From assembly GCA_050248855.1 (NCBI GenBank), contig JBFWRP010000013.1:1-64000 (forward strand): a DNA stretch of 64,000 nucleotides. The letters are read 5' to 3'. The stretch comes from Planctomycetota bacterium (GTDB lineage Bacteria > Planctomycetota > PLA2 > JAEUHO01). The notes under the pieces were generated by a model. The model was not told the DNA's origin. It saw nothing but the letters and a program-made list of their open reading frames with translations, and did not search any database. A program made the translations under genes and the position numbers. Below are positions 1 to 9,660 of this stretch, piece after piece (the stretch's first letter is position 1; every line of letters starts with the position of its first letter).

Positions 1-59
1 CGGCCAGCGCGCTCCGCAAGCTCGACCTCGACGACTACCTCGAGCGCTACCGCTCCTGA
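1..59 (+). CDS. 3' end of a gene entering the window (…ASALRKLDLDDYLERYRS*)
   Basis: Open frame with GC3-rich codons ending in TGA at 57-59, followed by a strong hairpin. Confidence 0.5.
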   Translation, partial: ASALRKLDLDDYLERYRS

Positions 60-73
60 TCGCCCTGACGAAG

Positions 74-109
74 CGAGGGCCGCGTGGGCTCGCGCCCACG
101 CGGCCCTCG
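74..109. terminator. Hairpin, likely bidirectional terminator between convergent genes
   Basis: Perfect 16-bp stem CGAGGGCCGCGTGGGC / GCCCACGCGGCCCTCG with a 4-nt loop. Confidence 0.65.
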
Positions 110-130
110 GGGGGGCACCCCAGGACCATT

Positions 131-2731
131 TCAGGGCAGGAGCGAGATCTGGATCGTGGTGCTGGCGGTGCCGGCATTGTTGGTCGCGGTGATCGTGTAG
201 GAACCCGTCGAAAGCAGGTTCAGCGGCACACCGGACAAGACGCCCGTGTTCGGGTTGAGCGAGAGGCCCGCGGGCAGGGCCGGGCTTACCGACCAGCTCT
301 CCACTTGGCCGCCCGTGAGCGTCGGCGTCAGGGTCGAGATGGTGCCCAGCAACACGCTGCCGACCCACGTGGTCGTGGGGTAGGTCAGGGAGAGCGGGGC
401 GCCCAGCGGCGTCGCCATGAGCAGGGACGTGCTGGCCGAGCCGGCCGCGTTCGTGGCCGTGATCGTGTAGCTGGTCGGCGAGGTCACCGACGTGGGAAGG
501 CCCGAGATCGCTCCCGTCGCACTGTCCAGCGAGAGGCCCGTGGGCAGCGACGGGGAGATCGACCACGTGACGTCCGCACCTGGCGACGCCGCCGGCGTGA
601 TGGTGGAGATGGCGAGGCCCGTGGGCAACGACACCGAGCCCGGGAACGAGGGCGTGGTCGGCGGGCCCAGGACGGCGTCGACACCGAACGTGAGCGTCGT
701 CGAGGCCGATCCCTCGCTGTTGCTCGCCGTGACGGTGTAGCCGGCCTCGGCCGTTGCCGACAGCGGGATGCCCGAGATCTCGCCCGTGCTGGCGTCCAGC
801 GACAGGCCCGCAGGCAGTGCGGGTGTCACCTCGAACAGGTCCGGCGTGCCACCGCCCACAGTCGGCAGGAGTCCCTCGAGCAGCTGACCCACGAGCAGGA
901 CGGCCGGCTCCGCATACTCGATGAGCGTCGGCGCGATGTTCGTGATGCCCATGTCGAAGGCGGTCGACAGGCTGCCCGCGTCGTTGGACGCCGTGACCGT
1001 GAAGGTCGTGGGCACGAGCTCGACCGCGGCCGTGCCGGAGACGATGCCCGTGTTCGTGTCCAGCTGCAGACCCTCCGGCAGGTCGGGCTCGATCGAGAAC
1101 ACGTCCGCGCCGCCGAGCAGCTCGGGCACCACGTGGACGACATCGTTGACGAGCACGAAGAGGTCCGGGTAGGCGAGGTAGGTCGGCGGACCCTGCGCAC
1201 CACCGCGCTCGATCACGCCGCGGGCGATGCCCTCGGGTGCGGGGGCCGTGGTGGCCCGTGCATGCATGCGGCTCGGGTCGGCCAGGAGGCGCGCGAAGGT
1301 CACGATGTCGCAGGCCGCGGTGCCGGTCCAGGTGGGCGGCTGCACGACGAGATCCGCCGCCGCGCCGAAGTCGATCAGGAGGAGACCGGAGCCGTCCACG
1401 GGGCCGTCGTGCGCCGCCACACCGTCGATCTCGGCGACGTCCGGCTGGGCCATCGTGAGCACGAACGGCACGGAGTCAGGCGCCTCGGTCGTGAAGCGCA
1501 GCGTCCCGCCGGCGGGCGGATCGAGCACGGGCAGGCCCGGCTGGCCCGTCAGGTGGGCGACGTAGCCCTGCGGCGCGCGGCCGAAAGCGCCGGCTCGCGT
1601 GCCGCCAAGCGTCTCGAGGCTCAGGTGGTAGCCGGCCGGGTGACCGACCAACCGCGTGAGCAGCTCGAGGCCCGGATGGAAGGTGGCAAGGCCCACGTCC
1701 AGATCGCCGCTCACGCGCCAGTCCGCCGCGTCGGTCGCGTCGGCGATGAAGGCGCCCGCGCCTCCGACGGGGCCAGCGCGCAGCTCGGCCGACGTGATGA
1801 GCACGGCGTCCTCGCCGCCGCCCGTGGCGACGACGATCTCCGCGTCGTCTCGACCCGCGATGCGCACGAGCGCGCTGCCGAGGATCGTGTCATCGGCGCC
1901 CGGCTCCTGCGAGGCAAGTGCGGCCCAGACCGGCAGGTCCAGCGGTGTGCGGAGGTCGCCCTGCACGTCCGGGGCGGAGCCGCGCTCGAGCACCATGACG
2001 TGCAGCGAGGGCGCGTACAGCAACGCGGCCGCCTCGCGAAGCGTGAGGGCGAGCGAGCCACGAAGCGTCGAGCCCGCCTCGTCCGTGGCCAGCGTCAGTG
2101 CGCTCCGATCGATGCGCCGCGGGGCCGGCAGCCCGGTTGCGCTGGCCGACTCCACGCGAACGCCCTGGACGTCGTCGACGCCGGACGGGTCCAGCGCCAC
2201 GAGCAGGTGGAGCGCCAGCAGCTCGTCCAGATGGGCGCAGCCGGCGGCCACGGGGCTCTTGAGGGTCCCGAGCGCGGCAAGCCAGCCGGGGGCGGCGCTG
2301 TCCACGACATGCCCTTCGACCTCGCCGTTGCCACCGGCGTACACGACGCGGAGCATCGAGCCTTCGGGCGCATCGGCGACCTCCCAGGCGACGTTCGAGG
2401 GGACGTGGCCCGAGCCCTCGACGACGCCGGACTCCGCGTCCACCGTAGGAGCGGAACCGCCCATCAGGTCGTACGAGCCCTGGCCGGGCACGTCGAGGTA
2501 GAGCCCCTCCACCTGGTCAGCGCGCTCCGGCGGAACTTGCAGGGCGTAGGTGACGGTGCCGTCGCCGTTGACGGTTGCGATCCAGGCCGCCTGCGACGCC
2601 GTGCTGTCGTCGGTGGCCACGGAGGCGAGGGCCCCCAGGTTCGTCGCGGCGGGGGGTCCTCCCGAACCGCCGCACGACGGAAGGACGAGAAGTGCCAGGG
2701 CCAAGAGCAAGAGCAGGTGGAAGCGGCGCAT
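131..2731 (-). CDS. Surface lipoprotein with degenerate CHRD-like domains and four C-terminal putative Ig (He_PIG) repeats
   Basis: Lipoprotein signal MRRFHLLLLLALALLVLPSC; four repeats of the type xSxxPxLPxGLxLxxxTGxxSG…YTxTAxN; real start at ATG 2731. Confidence 0.75.
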   Translation of the reverse strand: MRRFHLLLLLALALLVLPSCGGSGGPPAATNLGALASVATDDSTASQAAWIATVNGDGTVTYALQVPPERADQVEGLYLDVPGQGSYDLMGGSAPTVDAESGVVEGSGHVPSNVAWEVADAPEGSMLRVVYAGGNGEVEGHVVDSAAPGWLAALGTLKSPVAAGCAHLDELLALHLLVALDPSGVDDVQGVRVESASATGLPAPRRIDRSALTLATDEAGSTLRGSLALTLREAAALLYAPSLHVMVLERGSAPDVQGDLRTPLDLPVWAALASQEPGADDTILGSALVRIAGRDDAEIVVATGGGEDAVLITSAELRAGPVGGAGAFIADATDAADWRVSGDLDVGLATFHPGLELLTRLVGHPAGYHLSLETLGGTRAGAFGRAPQGYVAHLTGQPGLPVLDPPAGGTLRFTTEAPDSVPFVLTMAQPDVAEIDGVAAHDGPVDGSGLLLIDFGAAADLVVQPPTWTGTAACDIVTFARLLADPSRMHARATTAPAPEGIARGVIERGGAQGPPTYLAYPDLFVLVNDVVHVVPELLGGADVFSIEPDLPEGLQLDTNTGIVSGTAAVELVPTTFTVTASNDAGSLSTAFDMGITNIAPTLIEYAEPAVLLVGQLLEGLLPTVGGGTPDLFEVTPALPAGLSLDASTGEISGIPLSATAEAGYTVTASNSEGSASTTLTFGVDAVLGPPTTPSFPGSVSLPTGLAISTITPAASPGADVTWSISPSLPTGLSLDSATGAISGLPTSVTSPTSYTITATNAAGSASTSLLMATPLGAPLSLTYPTTTWVGSVLLGTISTLTPTLTGGQVESWSVSPALPAGLSLNPNTGVLSGVPLNLLSTGSYTITATNNAGTASTTIQISLLP

Positions 2732-2817
2732 CGAAGGTTCTCCGCGATGCGACCAGCGCATCGTCACGAACCCCCTCGGCGCACCGCGGCGCGGCCTGAT
2801 GCGCTCCCACGGCGAAC

Positions 2818-2835
2818 CGTTCAGGGATCTGAACG
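2818..2835. promoter_or_regulatory. Palindrome copy 1, CGTTCAG-GGAT-CTGAACG (candidate operator)
   Basis: Variant of the identical copies at 6267 and 9643; overlaps the kinase stop codon, about 90 bp upstream of the Ig-protein start. Confidence 0.55.
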
Positions 2836-4812
2836 TTCGCCGTTGCTGCCCACGGGCGGGCGGGAGCAGACTTGCCGGATGGCGCGCCCCAGCTCGTGGG
2901 CGCGCACGGGCTTGGAAAGCAGGGCGTCCACGCCCGCTTCGGCGAGCAGATGGCGCTCCAGGCCCCCGGCGTATCCCGTCACCAGCAGGACGCGCACCGC
3001 GGGCTGGTAGGCCCTCACTTCGGCGGCCAGCACGAGACCCGTCATGCGCGGCATCGTGTGGTCCGTGACGAGCACGTCGTACGTCCCGGGGGCCTCGCGG
3101 GCCTTCGCCAAGGCGTGGGGCGCCGAGACGACCGGATCGACGTCGTAGCCCAGCTCCTCCAGACCGCGCCCCAAGGCATCGACGATCGCCGGCTCGTCGT
3201 CGACGAGCAACACGCGCTCGCGGCCGCGTCCGTCGCCGGGCTCGACCGCGCCGTCGTCGTCGACGGGTCCATCGGCCAGGGCGGGGAAGTAGACATCGAA
3301 GCGCGTGCCCTGGCCGACGGTCGAACGCACGCGCGTACCGCCTCCATGCTGCTGGACGATCCCATGCACGACGGAGAGGCCGAGCCCCGAGCCCTTGCCG
3401 CCCAAGCGGGTCGTGAAGTAGGGCTCGAAGATCCGCTCGATCACGTCCTGGGGCATGCCGCAGCCCGTGTCCTCGACGCGCAGGCGCACCCACTTCCCGG
3501 GCGCGATCTCGTCACCCTGACCGGGAACGGGCTCGTCGACGTCGACGACCTCCACCGCCACCGTGAGCAGGCCTCCCTCGGCCATGGCGCGTCCTGCGTT
3601 CGTGCAGAGGTTCACGACGACTTGGTGGATCTGGGTCGCGTCGGCGCGGATCGGGGTGACGCCGGCGCCCTTGTGATGCCGGATCTCCACGCTGGCCGGC
3701 AGCGAGGCGCGCAGGAGCCCCAGGGCCTCGGCGGTCACGGCGGCGACGTCGACGCGTCGTCGTTCGACTTCGCCATGGCCGCCGAACGTGGCGATCTGGC
3801 GCACGAGATCGCGTGCTCGTGAGACGCCCGCGCCGATCTGCTGGAGGTCACGGCGCCAGGGAGCGTCCGTCGCCATGCCGCCCATGACGAGATCGAGGTA
3901 GCCCTGGATCGGGGCCAGGATGTTGTTGAAGTCGTGGGCGATCCCGCCGGCCATCTCGCCCAGCGTGTGCAACCGTTGCGTGTGATGGAGCTGACGCTCG
4001 AGATCCGCCTGGCGTTCGCTGGCCACGCGAGCCCGCGTCACGTCGGCGACGACGACCAACGCCGCACCGCCTTCGATGGCAGACGGCAGGGCTCGCACGC
4101 GGATGTCCAGCCAGCGGGGCTTGCCGCCCTCCGCCGCAAGGGCAAGCGTTTCGCGCGCCAGCCCCCCCTCGGCCAGGACGCGTCCGATCGGCGTGCGGTG
4201 GAAGGGCACGAAGATGCCGCGCTCGTCGCAGAGCGCGATGCGCTGCAACGTGCCGCCGAGGCGCTCCAGGTCGAGCAGACGGCGCGCCGCCTGGTTGGAC
4301 ACGTGCACATCGCCCGCCGGGCCGAGGACCGCGATGCCTTCCTCGACCTCGTCGAGGATGCGACGGAAGCGCTCGTGCCCCGTGCGCGTCTCGTGCTCGG
4401 CCCGCCGGCGCCGGCCGTCGTCCAGGGCCTGCCGGCTGCGCAGCAGGATCGCGGCGGCCAAGTGGCCCCCGTACGCCGGGACCACGTCCGCAACGCCATC
4501 CTCCATGGCCTGCGCCGCGTACGACGGCGCGGTGCCCCCGTGGACGACGAGCGTCGGCGCATCCGGCCACGCGGCCCGCACGTGCGCCAGCACGGCGCGC
4601 CGCAGATCGCCGTCGACCAACGAGGGGCCGTGCAACACCACGGCGTCGGGCGCGGGCCCCTGGGTGACCTCCGCCAGGGAAAGGAGTCCCTCGGCAGCCG
4701 GCACGGCAACCCGACGGGGGGCCGGGTCCAGCGCCGTGCCCACGATGGCGGCCTCGACCGCGTGGTCCACGCGACCGAGGCCGACCAAGAGCAGCTGGAG
4801 TCCGGCGGTCAT
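2821..4812 (-). CDS. Hybrid sensor histidine kinase (pseudo-receiver, PAS, HisKA, HATPase, REC)
   Basis: GGIAHDFNNIL H-box, VVNLCTNA N-box, DTGCGM, FEPYFTT, GSGLGLS, C-terminal receiver LLVDDE…D…KP; no transmembrane segment. Confidence 0.9.
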   Translation of the reverse strand: MTAGLQLLLVGLGRVDHAVEAAIVGTALDPAPRRVAVPAAEGLLSLAEVTQGPAPDAVVLHGPSLVDGDLRRAVLAHVRAAWPDAPTLVVHGGTAPSYAAQAMEDGVADVVPAYGGHLAAAILLRSRQALDDGRRRRAEHETRTGHERFRRILDEVEEGIAVLGPAGDVHVSNQAARRLLDLERLGGTLQRIALCDERGIFVPFHRTPIGRVLAEGGLARETLALAAEGGKPRWLDIRVRALPSAIEGGAALVVVADVTRARVASERQADLERQLHHTQRLHTLGEMAGGIAHDFNNILAPIQGYLDLVMGGMATDAPWRRDLQQIGAGVSRARDLVRQIATFGGHGEVERRRVDVAAVTAEALGLLRASLPASVEIRHHKGAGVTPIRADATQIHQVVVNLCTNAGRAMAEGGLLTVAVEVVDVDEPVPGQGDEIAPGKWVRLRVEDTGCGMPQDVIERIFEPYFTTRLGGKGSGLGLSVVHGIVQQHGGGTRVRSTVGQGTRFDVYFPALADGPVDDDGAVEPGDGRGRERVLLVDDEPAIVDALGRGLEELGYDVDPVVSAPHALAKAREAPGTYDVLVTDHTMPRMTGLVLAAEVRAYQPAVRVLLVTGYAGGLERHLLAEAGVDALLSKPVRAHELGRAIRQVCSRPPVGSNGERSDP

Positions 4813-4906
4813 CGGCGTGGCTCGCTTCCGCGGCCAGCCTCGGGTGGCCCGCGCCGCCGCGCAAGCCCTGGAGGCCTGGGAGCGGCGAACGCGCCCTGCC
4901 AGCAGC

Positions 4907-6154
4907 TCACGGTGCCGTGACGGCGCCGACGTCGAAGATCCCCACGCCCTGTTTGCCGACGCGAGGCTCCGGCAGCGTGCCGAACGCCAGGGCATCGGCT
5001 TCGAGATCCTCGATCGTCTCCCACGGGTCGCCCGGATCCTCCCCGATGGCCAGCGCCAACGTTCCTGCGGCCAAGGCACAGCTCACGGACGTGCCCGACC
5101 ACCAACCGTACCCTTCGGCGTCATCAGGATCCGGCCCCGGCACGTTGCGGCTCGGTGCGCTCATCCAGGTGTCCGCGTGGAAGTTGGCGACCGTGTGGGC
5201 GTCCCCATCTTCCTCCGTGCCTGATACCGCCAGGACGTGGGAGAGATTGGCGGGGAACGCCAGGCTGGCGGCGCCTTGGTTGCCCGCGGAGGCCACGACC
5301 ACGATGCCCTGGTTGGCGGCGTCCTGGAGCATGAGGTCGATCACGTCGCTGTAGCCGGACATGCCGAAGCATAGACTGATCACGTCGACGCCCTGGGACA
5401 TGGCCCAGGCCAGGCCGTTGGCCACGGACCAGGTGTCGCCGCGCCCCTCGTCATCGAGGACGCGAGCACAGTAGATGTCGGCGTGCGGGCACACCACGAG
5501 GGCGGCAGCCACCATGCCCAGGCCGTGGCCCTTGCCGCTGTCGACGAGACCATCGCCATCGTCGTCGACATCGTTGCCGAAGTCCTCGGCGTCGGCGTCG
5601 TGGTCCATTGCATCCCACTCCTCGGCGAGGCGCGCGACCGGGAAGGCTTCGTGGTCGAGCTGGAAGCCTCCATCCAGGAACGCGATCCGTGGCGTCGTGC
5701 TCGAGGGGCTCGGTGGCGCCGTGGGCACGTTCATCAACACGAAGGCGTCCTCCGTGCGGATCGTGGCCGCCGACAAGTCGTCGTCGAGCAACACCGGAAC
5801 CGACTGCTGACCCTGGTAGTCGGGATGGTGGCGCGCGGAAACCAGCGACTCCGCGGCCCGCACGACGCCCAAGGCCTCGAGGGCCGAGACGATCGTGCCG
5901 ACGGACCACGCCAGGATGCCGTTCTTGCGGACCCGCAAGAGGCCTGCCGACGTGTCCTGCTCCTCCACCACCCACGACGCCGTCTGCAAGAGGCTCGTGA
6001 CCAAGCCCGTGCTGCCCTCCGGATCGAGCAAGACGATCACGTGGTCGTTCGAACCCGTGCCCTCGGCGGTCCCAGGTGACAGGGCGCCCGCGCCGCCGAC
6101 CAGGGCGAGGGCGCCCACCAGGAACCGACCTGACCTCACGCTCCACGTCGCCAT
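4907..6154 (-). CDS. Secreted S8 subtilase-family serine peptidase
   Basis: Signal peptide; triad motifs IAFLDGG, GHGLGM, SGTSVS; VASAGN oxyanion motif; RBS AAAGGAG. Confidence 0.85.
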   Translation of the reverse strand: MATWSVRSGRFLVGALALVGGAGALSPGTAEGTGSNDHVIVLLDPEGSTGLVTSLLQTASWVVEEQDTSAGLLRVRKNGILAWSVGTIVSALEALGVVRAAESLVSARHHPDYQGQQSVPVLLDDDLSAATIRTEDAFVLMNVPTAPPSPSSTTPRIAFLDGGFQLDHEAFPVARLAEEWDAMDHDADAEDFGNDVDDDGDGLVDSGKGHGLGMVAAALVVCPHADIYCARVLDDEGRGDTWSVANGLAWAMSQGVDVISLCFGMSGYSDVIDLMLQDAANQGIVVVASAGNQGAASLAFPANLSHVLAVSGTEEDGDAHTVANFHADTWMSAPSRNVPGPDPDDAEGYGWWSGTSVSCALAAGTLALAIGEDPGDPWETIEDLEADALAFGTLPEPRVGKQGVGIFDVGAVTAP

Positions 6155-6266
6155 CCCTGCGACTCCTTTCCCGGGTTCTCCAACCGACCGCGCGTGGCGG
6201 CCAGCGACCCGATGAGGCGGAGCCTAGGACGTACGAGCCCGCGACATGAGCCCGAACTGCTGCTTG

Positions 6267-6284
6267 CGTTCAGGAACCTGAACG
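6267..6284. promoter_or_regulatory. Palindrome copy 2, CGTTCAGG-AA-CCTGAACG
   Basis: Identical to 9643-9660; overlaps the CHAT gene stop codon, upstream of the S8 gene. Confidence 0.55.
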
Positions 6285-9119
6285 TTGGGTGCGGGACCCA
6301 TCGTGGGCCCCCAGCAGGGCGAAGGGTGCCCAGTGCGCCGGATGCGGATGCCGGGCCCGCACGGCGAGAGCGGCATCGCGCAGCGCCGCAGACGTCGCAA
6401 GGCCCCGGGCCAAGCCCGCATGCAACCCGACCATCAGGTCCAGCGCGGGCCGGTCCGTCACGTGCCACAACGTGTTGACGATCTGCCGTGCGCCAGCGGC
6501 CAGGAAACCCCGCACGAGGCCCATGGGCTCGTCGGCGGCATGGACGGCCAAGCGGCCGGTGACGCAGCCCGACAGCAACACGATGTCGCAGCGCACATCC
6601 CGGCCGTACAGGTCGCTCGTGCGCAGCCAGCCATCGCCCAGCCGCACGCCGGCGCGCAGCGGATCGTCGTCGTCGAAGACGCCGTGGCTGGCGACGTGCA
6701 CCACGGAGCACGAGGACAGGGCGTCCAGCAGGGCATCGCGCGTGGCACCGGCGCCCGTGGCGAGCTGGGCCTGCGGCCACGACGCGGCCACGTGACGTGC
6801 CTCGTCCAGCACGAGCGGCGCGTCCTCGTCCGGCACGCCGAAGGCGGCCACGCCCCGTCCGCGACCGACCGCCAACGTCTGCGCGTGCACGTAGACCGAC
6901 ACGCTCGGTGCCGTGACGACGTCGTGGCTCGTCAACAGGGGCTCGGCGTCGGGCTCGGGCATCAGGGCGTGGAACGGCACCGCGTGCAGGGCACCGTGAG
7001 GGACGATGACCAGCCGCCGGCGGCCGAGGCGGTCCCGGACGGGTCCAATGAGCTCGTCCCAGCCGCTGGCCAGGACATCTTCCGCGCGCGTGACCAGCTG
7101 GCGGTCCGCTTCTTCGTACGCATCGAAGACGACCGCAGGGCGGTCCAGATGGAAGGCCAACCGGCGCACCAAGCGCCGCGCATGCCACGTCCCGAAGGGT
7201 CGCCGGACCAGCTCGAAGCCGTCGCGGTCGAGCACGCCGAGAAACAGGGCATCGCGTCCCAGGTGCATGGTCAGCAAGCTGGTATCCGCGTCCAGCGCCG
7301 CGCGGGCCTCCTCCAGACCGACCGGGCGCCGATGCCAGCTGCGCTCCTCGCCCTCCCGATCGGCCAGGGCCTCGAGCGAAGCCCGGAGACGCTCGTGACG
7401 CACGGCCAGCGCGGAGGCGCGGCGGCGGGCCTCGGCCTCCGCATGGCGGGGGTCGTCGCTCCAGCGCAGCCGGCCGAGGCCGTCGATCTCGCGCTCGATG
7501 CCATCGAGCTGGGCCTCTGCTGCCGACGAGGCGGACACCGTGCGATGTCGGCCGGCGCGCAGCATGTCGAGCAGCGCACGGCTCTTGGAACCCTCGATGA
7601 CGTTGAACACGCGCGGACGTTGCGCCTCGCCGCCTTCGGCCAGGAGGCGCACCGCACGCTCCGTCATCTGGGCGCGCTGATCGAGGAAGCTCGACATGTA
7701 CTCGTCCGGAGGCGCGCCCAGGCGATGCGTTTCGAGCAGCTCCAGCGCACGGAGCACCTCCCGGCGCGCACCCACGAGGTCGCCCATGCCCTCCAGGCAA
7801 CAGGCCAACGCATCGTGGAGGTCGCACCGCAGCCACGGCGCATACGTGTCCCCCAGGCGCGCCTGCAAGCCCACCAGCCGCTCGTAGGAGCGCTCGAACA
7901 GACCGCGATCCCGCTCGAGTGCCGCTTCGAGCAGCTCGGCGTTGCCCCCTCGCTCCAGGAGGCCAAGACGGTAGAGCGACTGCGCAGCGCGTCGTGCATG
8001 GCGAGCCGCGGCGTCCTCGTGGCCATCGCGGCGCAAGGCCACGGCCAGCTGGTGCTCGCCGAGCGCAGCCCAGATCGGGCTGTGGAGGCGCGCCAGGCGT
8101 TCGCTCGCGCGCCGCAGCAAGCCGACGGCGCGTGGGACCTCATCACGTCCCAGAAGCGCGACGGCCTGGAACCAGAGCGCACGAGCCGCATCGCGTTCGT
8201 GGCCGAGCCGCTCGAGAATGCGCGCCGACGCCTCCGCGCTGGACGCGGCTTCCTGGACCAACCCCAAGCGCAGCTCGACTTCCGCCCGGTCCAGTGCGCA
8301 GAGCGCGGCGTGGCGCTCGTCGCCCAGATCCCGGGCCCGCGCCTCGAGGGCCTCGAGGTCCCGCAGGGCCGCGTGGTACCGACCGCGCAGGGTCGAGACG
8401 TAGGTCCGGTTGTAGGCCACCTGCAGGACCGACAGCAACTCGCCGCGCTCGGCGTGCTGGGCTTCCAGCCACTCGTAGGTGGCGTCGGCCCGCTCGTACT
8501 CGGACAGCTGCGTGAGCACGTTGGCCAGGTTGGAGCGCACGTTGAGGAGCAGGGGCGACTGCTCGTGCTCGGGCAGGAGCCGGCGCTCGATGTCCTCCAG
8601 CTGCGCCAATGCCTCGGGGAACCGTTCCTGCCGCTCGAGGAGGCCGACGCGCGCCAAGTCGAGCAGACAGAGGCGCGGCACGTCCCCACGCGCCTCGGCC
8701 AAGGGGCGCGCTTCCTCCAGCACGTCCTCCGCCTCCTCGACCCGACCCAGCTCGCCGAGCACATGGGCCGTCAAGACGGCGCTCTGCGCGCGCTCCGGAA
8801 GATCGGGCGTCTGGCGCGCCCGTCGCAACGCCCGCAACGCGCTGCGAGGGCGTCCTCCCAGCAGCTCGACGGCGGCGCGTGCACGCCAGATGGCCCGCTG
8901 CAGGACGCGATCGGCGGCGCGCACGGCCAGGACGCAGGCCCAGCGCGACTCGCGCGCGGCGCCGACGGGATCGCTCCGCGACTCGTGCAGGATCCGCGCG
9001 CGCCACGCGCCCAGGATCCCGTCGGGATCGTCGACGGCACGCAGCGCCGCCCGCGCCGCCCGGGGCGTCGAAGCCGCGGCCAGGGCGCGCAGCAGGTCGG
9101 CGAGGAGCTCGCCGCTCAC
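6270..9119 (-). CDS. TPR-repeat protein with C-terminal CHAT (caspase-like) protease domain
   Basis: Helical TPR-like N-terminus; KSRALLD, LVIVPHGALHAVPFHAL, catalytic VHVASHG and LSGCVTG, GFLAAGA, HPAHWAPF. Confidence 0.9.
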   Translation of the reverse strand: MSGELLADLLRALAAASTPRAARAALRAVDDPDGILGAWRARILHESRSDPVGAARESRWACVLAVRAADRVLQRAIWRARAAVELLGGRPRSALRALRRARQTPDLPERAQSAVLTAHVLGELGRVEEAEDVLEEARPLAEARGDVPRLCLLDLARVGLLERQERFPEALAQLEDIERRLLPEHEQSPLLLNVRSNLANVLTQLSEYERADATYEWLEAQHAERGELLSVLQVAYNRTYVSTLRGRYHAALRDLEALEARARDLGDERHAALCALDRAEVELRLGLVQEAASSAEASARILERLGHERDAARALWFQAVALLGRDEVPRAVGLLRRASERLARLHSPIWAALGEHQLAVALRRDGHEDAAARHARRAAQSLYRLGLLERGGNAELLEAALERDRGLFERSYERLVGLQARLGDTYAPWLRCDLHDALACCLEGMGDLVGARREVLRALELLETHRLGAPPDEYMSSFLDQRAQMTERAVRLLAEGGEAQRPRVFNVIEGSKSRALLDMLRAGRHRTVSASSAAEAQLDGIEREIDGLGRLRWSDDPRHAEAEARRRASALAVRHERLRASLEALADREGEERSWHRRPVGLEEARAALDADTSLLTMHLGRDALFLGVLDRDGFELVRRPFGTWHARRLVRRLAFHLDRPAVVFDAYEEADRQLVTRAEDVLASGWDELIGPVRDRLGRRRLVIVPHGALHAVPFHALMPEPDAEPLLTSHDVVTAPSVSVYVHAQTLAVGRGRGVAAFGVPDEDAPLVLDEARHVAASWPQAQLATGAGATRDALLDALSSCSVVHVASHGVFDDDDPLRAGVRLGDGWLRTSDLYGRDVRCDIVLLSGCVTGRLAVHAADEPMGLVRGFLAAGARQIVNTLWHVTDRPALDLMVGLHAGLARGLATSAALRDAALAVRARHPHPAHWAPFALLGAHDGSRTQRSGS

Positions 9120-9496
9120 CCCTGCTCCGCGCCCTCGAACACGACGACCGACGCGGGCCCCTCGGGAGGCTCGCAGTGCACGCGGAAGCTGGCGCTGCCG
9201 CGCACGGGGATCACGAACTCGCCCCGCTCATCCGCCCACACCACGTGCTCGCGGCCGTCGTCGCCCTCGATCCGCAGCCGATAGTCCGACAGGCTCCGCT
9301 CGTCGCGGCGGTTGCGCGGCACGACATGTCCCACGATGAAATCGGATTCCCCCGGGTCCAGGCGACCCCGCGGGACGAGCAGCTCGATGAAGGCGGCGTC
9401 CGTGGCGTAGAGCAGGCGGTCGTCCAGACTGCGTCCGCTGCGCATTCCCTTCGCCCGCGATCCCGATCTCGTGTCGACAAGCAAGTCCGCTGCCAT
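9116..9496 (-). CDS. Small hypothetical protein translationally coupled to the CHAT gene
   Basis: RBS GGAGGGAG before ATG 9496; 4-bp overlap with CHAT start; LLVDT…GMRSG…LLY…DERGEF pattern. Confidence 0.65.
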   Translation of the reverse strand: MAADLLVDTRSGSRAKGMRSGRSLDDRLLYATDAAFIELLVPRGRLDPGESDFIVGHVVPRNRRDERSLSDYRLRIEGDDGREHVVWADERGEFVIPVRGSASFRVHCEPPEGPASVVVFEGAEQG

Positions 9497-9642
9497 GGCT
9501 CCCTCCACCTTGGTTCTCCCACCTGGCTCGTGCGCTCCGAAAGGACGCCGGCAGTCGAAAGCCGCGGGAAGCGGTCACCGGCCAGCAGGATGACCCACCT
9601 TGCCCGTGCTGACCAGCGCGAGGAACGAATCGATACCCGTTT

Positions 9643-9660
9643 CGTTCAGGAACCTGAACG
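9643..9660. promoter_or_regulatory. Palindrome copy 3, CGTTCAGG-AA-CCTGAACG
   Basis: Identical to 6267-6284; overlaps the response-regulator stop codon. Confidence 0.55.

Noticed and set aside
305..9284. Long plus-strand ORFs (305-3010, 6285-9284) and similar long antisense ORFs elsewhere (e.g. 42445-44814, 23567-25612)
   Set aside because: Shadow frames of real genes in high-GC DNA; Arg/Ala/Gly-rich with no motifs
2818..9660. Integron attC sites for the stop-overlapping palindromes
   Set aside because: Too short, no RYYYAAC…GTTRRRY box arrangement and no integrase in the window
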